A stretch of DNA of 64,000 bases. Origin: Lepidodermella squamata. Taxonomy: Eukaryota; Animalia; Gastrotricha. How positions within the stretch are numbered: the first letter of the stretch is position 1; each line of letters begins with the position of its first letter. Positions 25,198 through 36,914 of the stretch are shown here, piece after piece. Where the stretch lies: positions 4,526,001-4,590,000 of the forward strand of contig JBLDXI010000007.1 in assembly GCA_047495785.1 (NCBI GenBank), written 5' to 3'. Below the pieces are notes generated by a model. That model made no database searches and had not been told where the DNA came from. It worked only from the letters and a program-made list of their open reading frames with translations. The translations under genes were made by a program, and so were the position numbers.

Positions 25198-25354
25198 CTT
25201 CACAATCAAATTAAATGTCGCCGGCTTTGTAAACCCTGAAATAAGTTGAGAGGTCATTTAAGTCGTAAATTTCAGTGTTATTTTTTTTCAATAAATAAAT
25301 ATCAAATCAAATTTCTCTAACAATTTCTCAAATAGGTAAATTGATCATTACTTC

Positions 25355-28022
25355 ATGTTTCAGTGGATAAACGTCATTTTTGCTCTTCTTTGCTGTGGTG
25401 GTAAGCATGTTGTTACCATAGATTATTCTGTGTTGCTATGCTATGGCCTTTACATTAGGTTGTGTTCACAGCCTCACAACAACGTGTGATATTGATGGCA
25501 AAGTGAATTCATCGTTCTCTTTCTCTGGAACAAGCCTTGGTAAGCATTACGTTTTCGACTTATCATGTACAACTTTGCGAAAATAATCAAGTAAATTGGA
25601 ATGCGACACGTATTCTTTCGTCGAATGCGAGCCAGCAGTCTGGGGGCAATGCACTCCGCCTCGTGAGTACACCGTCAAGTTCAGGGGTTCTATGGAGCGA
25701 AAAGGTAATTAGGCTCCCTCTTAATGTCCTTTTTCTCCTGTTTTAATATTTTTATTTTGCATGTCTCTTCCCAGCCATTCGACATAACTGATTATCTAGT
25801 TGAAATTCGCGTCGACATCGAAAACACATCGAAAAGCAATGGCGTTGCCTTTTTCATGGCCAGCGAACTGAATGTGCTGCGACCTGGTACGACCACGAAC
25901 ACGCAGTACGGTTTGAACTGGAACAAGCCACTTTCAGCGTTCTTGCTGTTCGTTTCGCCAGCTAAACGGGCCATTAGCATGCTGATGCTCAGCAACTCTA
26001 CGTCGTACACATCGCCACCATGGACCAACTTGACTGGCACGACTAACCGCGTGGTGCTACCAGTCGACCTGAAATACCTCCAGGGCGAGATAACTTTTAA
26101 AATTCGAGCAAATAATACTTATTTTACGGTATGTAGCTTTATCTTGCAGGCCTATTCAACTTATTTTTATCATGTGCATTCCAGACCTGTCTCTGCGTCC
26201 TGACAGTCGATTGCTATTGTCCATTCGAAGAATTTCCTTTACCATATGGAATGGCCTGGGTCAAGGCAAGATCTGGGATTCCTTTCTATCTCGGTGTTGG
26301 TGCTAACAACCTAGCGGATGGCTTCGGTTACGTCGACATCTATAAAGTGACGGCTTACGACTGCTACTTGCCTCCAACTACTAGCTCGTCGACTACTAAA
26401 TCAACTTCGACAAAGACACCAACATCAACAACATCAACGACATCAAAATCAACATCGACATCATCGTCCTCAACAGCATCAACAACGACATCGACAAAAC
26501 AAACTTCAACGGCAACAACAACAACAACAACAACAACAACAACTGTTACTAGTACTACGACAGCTAGCACTCCGAGCTCAACAACAGGCTTACCATCGCC
26601 AGCCTCCGCACAAACAGCGTCATCGGCAGCAACAACCATTACAACTACTCAGCCCACAACGAGTCGAACGACAATGTCGTCTACTAGTAGTGTAGCTCGG
26701 TCTACTATCACTCAACCAGTGCCTGGTACTACGGCAGCCTTTGAAGCAAGTCAGCCGCCGACTGTCCAACCGCAGCTGAATGTCTCAGGTGGCATCTATT
26801 CATTAGTGATTTAATTGAATTTAAATAATTACGAGTTTCAGTCAAGACGGCGAGTGCTCTCGAAACATTCACGCAATCAGCATCCCAGCAAATTCAGTCT
26901 GTCATCAAGACAGCCGACGACAAGGACCTCGATATTGTTTCCATATCGGATATCATCGAAGAATGCGACCACTTGGATCCGAAGCGAATGGCCCCGCCAA
27001 CCCCGAGCTACGGGCCGATAAACCTTATCCGGCCACTTTTCGGTGTCGATCGACTGGTATCTATCGACACAGTCGCGGAGACAATTTCGGTCTCGGCAAA
27101 CCTCATGCTGATCTGGAACATATCAACGTGCAAAAAAGGATCCCTGAGCAATAGCCTGCCAGGTAAAAGTATCGAAAACGTTATCATTCCGAACCCAGAC
27201 ACTGTTTGGCGGCCGAAATTTCGCTTCTTGACCAGCGCATCGTCGAATTTGTACGTCAGCGGGGATTCGGAAAATTTCGGTGACGATTTGATCGCCATGA
27301 TCGACAATAAAGTAGTATCGCCTAACCTAACCGTCAATTTCTATTGGCTGAAGGGCGGCGTATACGAATCGGCGTGCGAATTGGACCTATCGAAATTTCC
27401 GTTCGATCAACAAACGTGCATGTTCAGTTTTTCACTCAGTCAATCGAAGCGGCTGCTCAACTTCGAAGATCCTTTCTTCATTTGGGCCAATTCGAAGACG
27501 GAAGACTCCGGTGATGAATGGCGCTATGTCAAGTCGGCGGCTTCCCTCGTTGAAACCAGCTACAAGGCCCAGCCGACGAGTTCTGTCTTTTACAGTGTGA
27601 CTTTAGCGAGGAATCCTGGGTTTTACATCACGAACCTCGTCATCCCGACGCTGATGCTGTCCTTCGTTGAACTCGGGTCTTTCGTAATGCCGCCGAAGGA
27701 TCCAGATCGACCAGCTTTGTCCATGACCATCCTTCTGGCGGTTACCGTGACGCAACAAACAGTGATGGACCAGATTCCGAAGACTTCAAGGCGCATTCTG
27801 TTGGTCGACTACGTCATGGCGCTTTCGCTGCTCTGCGGCGGCTGTTGCCTATACCAAGTCGGCGCCTGCACTTACACTGGCTTTTCGAAAAGCAATAGCG
27901 GCAGCAGGTCATGCTTGTCTTGGTTTAAGGGCGCTCGAAAATCGGACGTAATAGTCGCATCCCTCCTGCTAGCGGGCATAATTGCTATCAATTTTTACGC
28001 TTACAAAACTGTTAACAACTAA
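25355..28022 (+). CDS. L-type-lectin-like domain + long S/T mucin stalk + Cys-loop channel subunit (gene B)
   Basis: Signal MFQWINVIFALLCC. Motifs NALRLVS...SGVLWS, SNGVAFFMA and FYLGVGANN. T/S-rich region 26370-26790. Cys-loop CELDLSKFPFDQQTC and 4 TMs. Confidence 0.85.
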
Positions 28023-28338
28023 TTTGTACGATCGCGTAATTTATTTTGCTTAATAAAATTTCGCTGCTCCAACTGCTAATGTATTTTTGAATTCCATTTG
28101 TTGAGTTTTGATAAATTCGCAAAGAATCGCCGTTAACTAGCGGAAAGCTAACAGCTCGCGTTCAACATAATATAGCAATGCATCTATAGGTAAACAACAG
28201 TGATTGGCGAAGTGCATCTTTCCAATTATTTTCTATTTACATTTCCCAGGTCTGAAAATGTGCTTTCCATGTTTCGGTTAGCATTCAATTATTTTCAAAG
28301 GAAGGCTTGTTCTGCTGCTTCTAGGGACATTACAAATC

Positions 28339-31236
28339 ATGCCCATTTTCTTGGTAGTTATCTTTTCTTTGATCCTTGGTAAATTTGTCGTCTCTTTGTT
28401 TTCCCGAAGTTACTTGCTATTTCGGACATAGGTCAGTGCCTGGGGCTCGACTTCTGCGATATATCAGGCGGCACTCTGGATGAACGTTTCACTTACATAG
28501 CAGCCCCGGCGAGTAAGTGTGCATTAGAACTGCTATTCCATGCATGCGCTGAAATTTATAGAGAACTGGGCAACGATTCGTTATTCCAAAAACAGCCTGC
28601 AAATGAGCGATTCTGTTGAAATCACCTCTGAGGGTATTTATCGCCTCGTCAACGAATCATCTCCAAGCCAATCCGGCGCAATGATTGCTAGCCCAGTAGT
28701 TTTCAGTTTTCATGCCGTCGGATGGTGATAAATTTCCTATATTATAGGCGGTGACATTTACGGACTTTCAAATACGTGTCGATGTCTTCTTTGACGATAG
28801 CAATGCCAGCAGCGACGGCCTCGGTATTTTTCTAGTCACCGATGCGTCAATCCAACGCGTGCCGCCTTCGACCTACGACGGTTACGCCGAGTACGGAATC
28901 CGATGGAACAGCGTGACTGGCATCGGATTCTTCGCCTCGCCATCGAAGAGAAGTTTTGCACTGTTCGAGGCGACTTCTTACGGTGGCCTGCTGCCCGCCT
29001 GGCAGAATTCGACCGTCATGACCACCGTCCCAGCCGGAGAGCCCTTCTCAGAACAATTAGCAGATGTGTCTCAATTCCTTGTTGGAAACGTTTATTTCAT
29101 GATTCGGTTCAACAACACCCATATTACAGTAAGTACTCCTTAGAAATTATGTTTCGACTTCGACGATAACTGAAAATATCAGATTCGTGGTGAACATTTG
29201 GAGACATATGATTACGTTGATGTGTTCCGTGACCGCCAGCTTCAAAGGACCTTAGGCGAGCTGCAAATGAACTACGATTCGCTGTATCTCGTGGTTGGAG
29301 CCGCCAACTCGGCGGCTGGTGCTGGCCTGGTCGATATCGACGAAGTGGCTGTCCGCGACTGCTCATCGGCCACGACAACACCGGAAGCCAGTTCTACGAC
29401 TACCTCAATCGAATCAACAACAACAAGGTCGACTGAGAGCGAAACAACGTCCACTACGACGACACAGAGCTCCACTTCAACGTCGAGTGCGTCCTCGACT
29501 TTCACAATGTCAACCATTCCAGCTGCGGTGCTGACTTCAACATCGAGTTTAACGACAAGCAGCAGTTCAACCTCGTCCAGTTCAACTGCGAACCCAACTG
29601 GCTCTTCCACGCAGCCAACGACGGTTACAGCGACAACAACCGCAAGAACTGCAACCACAAGTCCCGCGACAACAACATCAACGAAAACACAGACGGTCAC
29701 TGCTTCGGCGTCGTCATCATCGCGAGCCTCTACCACAGGAACGCCCACCACAATCAGCCCGTCTCCAACAATAGAATCGACTGGGTCTGCGACTCAAGCC
29801 TCAAACTCGACTGAGTCCACGCAATCGACGCAAGCTCCGCCCATTTTAGGTAATCGAGAGGAAAAGGCTCGTCAAGCTAGGGTCCAAAAATTATCTTCCA
29901 ATTGGACTATATGCAGTCAGTTTTGCTTCCAGGAGTGATAAAGCATGAAGCTGCTTGGTGTATAGTGGTGTATATGGTGCCACATCAATGCTTTTTCATA
30001 CGTGTTTGAAATGTTTTTTATTTGCATTTAGCATCACCGAAGACGGCGGCTTTGCTAGCCAGCGTCGCAGCCTCGTCATCGCAAGCCCTGTCAGCCGTCA
30101 TTCTGAAAGCAGACGACAAAGAGAAAGACACGGTGACTATCGGCGAGCTCATCGCAGAGTGTGACCACTTCGAGCCGCAGCGATACGCCCCGCCCGTACC
30201 CAGCTATGGCCCGAAGAATCTCATCAGGCCACTCTTCGGTGTCGATCGACTGGTTGCCATCGACACGGTAGCCGAGACCATCTCCGTCTCAGCAACTTTC
30301 ATGCTAGTGTGGAACGTTTCGACCTGCTCGAAAGAGTCGATAAACAAAAAATTCAAAATTTCCGCTATCGAAAACATTTACGTGCAAAAACCAGACGACG
30401 CGTGGAAGCCGAATTTCCGCTTCATTACAAGCGCTTCTTCGAACGTTTATGTCAGCGGAGATTATGAGAATTTCGGCGACGATTTCATCGCCCTTCTGAA
30501 TGACAACAATGCGAGCTCAGTCAATTTGTCGATCAACTTCTACTGGCTGAAGGGCGGTTTATTCGAGTCTGCATGCAAGCTCGATCTATCGAAATTCCCC
30601 TTCGACCAACAGAAATGCCAATTCGTGTTCTCACTCAGCCAGTCGAAATCGCTGCTCGAATTTGAGAATCCTTTCTTTATCCTGCCGACAGTCGCCGCGG
30701 ACGACAAAACCGGTGACGAGTGGCGATTCGTGTCCCAAGACCAATTTCTGTACGATTTGACGTACAAAGCCCAAAGGACGAGTTCGGTGTTCTACCAAGT
30801 AAAACTTGCCAGAAATCCCGGCTTCTACATCACGAATTTAGTTGTGCCGACTGGAACTCTGGCCATTGTCGAGCTAGGGTCGTTCATCATGCCAGCTCGG
30901 CACCCTGACCGCCCCGCCTTGTCTATCACGATTCTGTTAGCTTTGACTGTCACGCAGCAAACCGTCATGGGTCAGATTCCGAGGACGTCGCGGCGAATTC
31001 TGCTCGTCGACTACGTCATGGCTCTGTCACTCATGTGCGGTGCCTGTTGCTTGTATCAAATGGTTGCCTGCACGTATTCTCGCCATTTACTCGAGAAGAA
31101 AAAGTCCGATGGAGAAAGTGACAGCAAGACGTCAGAATGCGGCCCTGTCATCAAATTCGACGCAATAGCTGTCACGGCCTTGCTGCTCGGAATCATCGGT
31201 ATCCACGTCTACGCCATGGTCACCATTCGCAGTTGA
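28339..31236 (+). CDS. L-type-lectin-like domain + long S/T mucin stalk + Cys-loop channel subunit (gene C)
   Basis: Signal MPIFLVVIFSLIL. Motifs GIYRLVN...SGAMIA, SDGLGIFLV and LYLVVGAAN. T/S-rich region 29365-29850. Cys-loop CKLDLSKFPFDQQKC and 4 TMs. Confidence 0.85.
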
Positions 31237-31531
31237 ATTGTGAACATGCACTAAAAATTGATTTTTCGCCACAAGAAGTAACAAAATAGCTTGATTGACT
31301 ACATGAATATAGCTAAAACAAGCAGCAGCTGTTATTTTTTAATTAAAGCGAATAAATTTATCATCGTTCTCGCATGGCAGCTTTTTGCAAGTTGCAGCGT
31401 TTCAGACAATATCCAAAGAAAAAGTCTGGGGAAGGACTTCAAAATGATCACTTATGAACTTCCTGCTCCGATATCGTTTATTGAGGCTCATCCATCGTCT
31501 AGGATTGCGTCGATTTATATTAACATAAAAA

Positions 31532-33610
31532 TCAAAGCAGCAAAACTAAGACTGCAAGAATCTCAAAATTGGCTACCAGCCCTGGCGCAGAGGAAAGTTT
31601 TCGCTTAGATGACGGATCCCGATACAGCGTGAAGGGCATTCGGGATAGGTTTTCCTTAATAACACTTCGACAACGGCCAAAGCGAGTTGTATCTCCTCCA
31701 TCCGAAGAGCACGCGACACAAACTTGCCCTTTGGGACAACCTTCTCCCTCAACGGCTCCGCCTGGAAATGCACACAAATAGGATTGTGAGAATTCGACAA
31801 ATCTTACAGACTTACGCGTTATCGGGTCAAATGAGCAGCCTGAAACATCCGATTTTATATCGATGCCGATGCACGTTTCCACCGATCGCAGGAACCCTGG
31901 CCTCGATGGGTCGAAGTAGGTAAAGCTGACCTGCCTCGAACTCGTCGCATTGCAAGCGCATCGGCCTCGAACGCACGCGCCCAGACTGGAGCTGAACCCC
32001 AGGAATCCTCGCTCGGCCACCCCGCAGTCTGAATCAGAGCTGCACTCGTCGCCGATGAGTCGATAACGGCAATAGCCAGTGTCCTCGTCGTAGATGTGCT
32101 GACTTGCTGGACACCTGCAGGTTTTGTCAAGGCAGCTCATCTGACCGGCACATTCCCCATCTGAGCTGCATTTCTCGCCCTCGCCCACGCCTTTAACCGG
32201 CAAGCATAGACCGCGTTGAACTGAGAAGCCTGACGTGCAAGAAACTTTCGCGGAGTAAGGACATTCAGAGTTGTCCCATTCGAAGGCTTCATCGTACGTC
32301 CTACTGCACCTTTGACCGAGGCCGAGAACGCTGACTGGGACGCAGGGTTTCGGCGACCAGGTCACGCCGTCGACGCCGTTCGTGTGCCCAGGCTTGCACA
32401 TGCAGATTTTGGAGGAGCAACTCGGGCTCAGCCATTCGACAGATTTGCACTGCTCGTTTTGTCCAGTGCAGTCAGAGTCATTCGAGCAGCTGTTCCCCAC
32501 AGTCGGCATATCCTTGGAAAAATTGGGCAAGAATTAAAAGCTGAATTGCATGAAAAATCACTGTGAAGATAATTCCATTTTATGCTATCGCAGGGCCGGA
32601 GTACGAGGGCGCGAGAATAGTCCCGCTACTGAATTCGTCGATAAAAAAGTTGACATAATTTTCCATACATTTCTGAATCAATAGGACTTATATGCAGCCT
32701 ACTTCCATCCACTGGGCATGAAGTGAATTATAATGCTTACCAAAGTAACTGCAACTGGCGGCTTTTCTGGAGGCATCTCGGCCAGCAGTTGGCAAGTCGG
32801 TCGTTTCTTGTCATCTGGACACGTCACGCAGGCGTGGTCACTAGAACATCTCATTGAACTGCTACACCTCGATCCATTCGCCAGCAGAGATGACGCTTCA
32901 TCGGCTGACAAGCAGTGATACGTTCTGTTAACTTGATCTGAAATATAATCTTCCAGGACACTTATTGGGGTGAGTTTCATTCCCTTGGCACACCCGCAAT
33001 AGCCGCTGTTACACGTGAGATTTTTCGAAAATTCCGCAGTTCCGGCCTGACAGTGTTCGTCGGCCGAGCATGCATCCCCTAAGCTCTTAGGATTGCAAAT
33101 TCCGGTCATGCGGTCGTATTTTTCATGCGCTTTGCACGAGCATCGATTGTTGTAGCAGCGAAGGTCCCCAGCACAGTCTGCGGCGACCAAACAGTAGCCA
33201 TTTAGCGCCATCCTTCGCTCGTTTGGTAGACAATGGTTTTCAAACGCTTGGAAGCCGTCTACGCAAGTTACGGCGCGGTTGAAACATACTGACCTTGCAG
33301 GATACTGCGATGGCTTAATACGTTTGTCGCAATACGTGCCGATGTCAACAGTTTCTCGTTGCTTGAAGAAGCACTGACTCATCTTCGGGTCCCAAACTAA
33401 ACTAGCGCCGCATAGACACACCGATGTCATATTATTGCAGGAGCTTGCGAGCGCTGTTAGTTTTGTACAAGTTTCGCCAGGCCCTGTGCAATCTGCTTCA
33501 CTCGAACACGGCTGTCGGTAGGAGAGTTTCTTGAACAGATCAGTTATACTTGCCAGATTGAAAGCCGCCTCAACGCCAAGTAGTGAGAAACACAACACAA
33601 ATAATCGCAT
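31532..33610 (-). CDS. Cys-rich EB-module-like repeat surface protein, probable GPI anchor (paralogue D)
   Basis: Signal MRLFVLCFSLLGVEA, repeated G..C....DC.....C....C.C units and a hydrophobic extreme C-terminus ILAVLVLLL*. Confidence 0.75.
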
Positions 33611-34003
33611 TTTCTTAGTTGTGCAGCAAGTTGCAGATAGCAGGCCTAATGCTGAAAAGACAGTGAAGATATTTGCCTTTTTTAAAAATGCCTTTCAGCG
33701 CATTGAGTTGTTTGAGAATCTCGCCGTATCCTGCATTCAATCGCGATCAATGGCTTGTACCTGGCTTGTACTATTATTTGTGCTGTGCGCTCTCATTTTG
33801 ATATGTGTGCGTACTTTCATACATCAATATATTGATTGTAAATTATATATAGGTATTACGGGGAAGCGTAGCTTAATAGCACTTCGTTATGATGCAGCTG
33901 ACGAAGAGGGGAAGGCACGATTTTTCCTAATATTTCAAACTTAGCATCTAAGGTCGCTTTATTTAATCCAAATTACTGAATGAAAAAGTCTGAAATCAGC
34001 TAT

Positions 34004-36214
34004 CTAAATAAGAAGTATGATGACTGCAATTGTAGTGAAGGTCTGCAAAATTATTTTTCCCTCAGATTTTTGCTGTTCGGGCTGCTGCATCTGCATCTGA
34101 GGATTCTGAGGAAGTGGTATCGACTGATTTCGAACGGGCGGAGGCTGTCGATTTTCATTCGTTGGCTGCTGCACATTGACTGATTGATTGACTGGTGGTT
34201 GATTGCGAATGACTGGCAAGTTTCGACACAGGCCGTATCGAGTTATGTCACCTTCGTCAGTCGGGCAGGCGAAACATACCTGGCCATTCGGGCACACAGC
34301 CGAGTCAGTTGACCCATCTAGGTCAATCGCAGATAAATCATAAGATCGCAGATAAGGAGAACAGCAAACAACTCACATTTCACGGGATCCATAGAGCATT
34401 TCGTGCTGTTCTGCTGGCCGGTGATGTTGGTCACACAGGTGATGATAAATCCTACCGTTCCGGGCCTAGACAGGTCTAAATACGAAAAGGTGACCCGTTT
34501 CGATAATGCCTCGTTACAAGCGCAAGTTCTATTCAAGCAAGTACCAAGCTGGTAGCTGAAGCCTTTGTAACCGCCCTCAGAAACCAAACAGTCCGAATTT
34601 CGCAGGCATGGATCGCCGAACAAACGGTATCGGCAGTAGCCCGTTGCCAGGTCGTAAATTTGGTTCACATTAGAGCAGCGACATATTTGTGATCTGAAGA
34701 GCTCGTCATCTCGATCGCAGACCATTGTGCCTGAACATTGGCTCGTTGAATTGCATTGTTCGTTCATTTTCAAACCAATTTTCGGCCTGCATTGATTGTT
34801 GACAAGCTGGAAGCCGGTCTTGCACGCGACTTTGAACGTTTCGTTGCATTCTGAATTTTCAGGGTCGAAAACGATCTCAAAAGACCGGTTGCAAGGCTGG
34901 TTGATACTAATTCTCCTGATTTGAGTGCAGTTGTTAGGACTCCCAACCGGCCCATCGAATCCATTCGTGTAGCCCTGTCTGCAAACGCAGACTCCGGAAT
35001 TGCAAGCTGGGGTGATGAAATTTGTGATGAAGCATTGCTCGTTGGGCCCAGTACAGTCGGCATCCTTGGTACAGGTTTTGCCGACTGTTGGCCTGATTAC
35101 GACGACAGGTTTGGGCGGCTTTTGCACGTACAACTGGTAGCATTTGTCTTCATTCGCCTTTGGACAGCGGACGCAGGCGTGATCGCTTGCACAGCTTACA
35201 TTGGACGAAATGGAACAGGGTGCGCCGGCTTTGCCAAGCTGAGGCTTGTCAACTCGGAGGCAGTAATGAACCGTGACCAAGTCGTACATCAGAATATCTT
35301 AAAAGAAATCAGGAAATTAATAGCGTCCTTGTAGAAAAAACGATGATTCAGATTTGGCGATGGGACGATTAGGGGCGATTGAACTAGAAATATTAACAGC
35401 TTGATTACCAAGTTTTTCGGAACTTTGGATAAATTATAGACTCAAGATTGTCTTTACGTTTTTCAAAATTTCAAATCCAAACATAATCCAAACGATGATC
35501 TGAATTTGATGAAAGCTTTTTCCTGGTATACTTCAACTTCAATCTATTTTTACCTGAGATATAAGTGGCACGAGTAATATTTGTACCATTTCCGCATCCG
35601 CACCTGCCATTGACACAGTCCAGCTCGGATCGCGATCTCGAATTCGTCCATTTGCAGTCAGAATCGGCCGAGCAATTATCGCCCGGCTCTTTGCCGACGC
35701 AAAACCCAGTATCGCGGTACTTTTCATTGCGCTCACAGGCGCACTGTTTGTTTTTACAATCCATGTAGCCAGCACAGTCGAGCGGGGTGGTACAGGGCCC
35801 GCCCTCGTTCGATAGCGTAACACTGGCTGTGCATTTGCCATCTATAGGCTGGAATCCATCGAGACACGCGATGACGTTATCGCGGCAGGATGCTCGATCT
35901 GGGGGCCAGTAGTTTTCCAACGATGGATCGCAGCGATCGCCGAGGTTCAAGTTGATCCTTTGTTTTCTCTCAACGCATTTCGCCTGACTTTGGTCAAAGT
36001 CGAATGACGCAGAGCAGGCACAGACCCCCGACCACCCAGGACATGGTGTTTCAAGGGTTTGCAGCTGCAGACAGGTCAAATTAGCGCCCTGGCAGTCTGA
36101 ATCTTTGAGGCAAGCTTCGCGATACGAAGCAGCGAAGACCGACAGGGGCACGAAGATCAGGATTAAAATGGAGTGCAGATATAGTGCCATTGAAAACGTA
36201 ATGATTGATGCCAT
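34004..36214 (-). CDS. Cys-rich EB-module-like repeat surface protein, probable GPI anchor (paralogue E)
   Basis: Signal MASIITFSMALYLHSILILIFVP. Colinear with paralogue D (e.g. IYD..TGYCRYRL.GD.C, CSSDHACV/CASDHACV). Q/P-rich spacer, then TIAVIILLI*. Confidence 0.75.
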
Positions 36215-36914
36215 GTCTTGGATGTGAATGCCACGACACAGCTATGGTGACACTGAATGGACGATGCATGTTTTCTTTCAATCGGTGAAATTGGTTTTTT
36301 CACGCATTGTAAGACTCTGCAATAAGCGGTGTAATGCACATGATTCTTGGAGAGGGGAAAAACAGGCAATGAAACGCTGAAATTGCAGCACAATTTCGGG
36401 ATAAGCCGTCAAACTTCAGATTACGCCGAAATAGTATAAATCAATTATTGAAAAAACTTCTTGTTGTGAATTTCTTGTTGTAAAAATCAGTCAAGGTTTC
36501 ATGTTGATTCCACAGTCCCCTACTAAACTAGCAAGGGTGAAATCACATCCCATCACCATCACAGCCGAGGAGGACGTTTCATTTAGGTCATTAGTTGATT
36601 CAAAGTAAGACAATAAAAACTTAAGATGACAGTCAACGAGTATACAACCAAGAGAGGACAGTCTTAGAGTAGGAACTGGTCAAATTTTGAATACCACTAC
36701 GACACGGCGCCGGGGGACTTATGCTTGCGAGACTCGTAAGTAATTACCTGAGTTTCCTGTGTTGTCATACGCGCGAGAAGCTGCTAAGCCGTCTTGTTTA
36801 CTGCTCAACAAAACATACCCCATCTCAACTCGTCATTAAGAGACTCCGCATGTGTTTATGTCGATGAGCTCAGGTTATTGGCTTAAACAACACAACCTCA
36901 GGAGCTCTCGAAAA

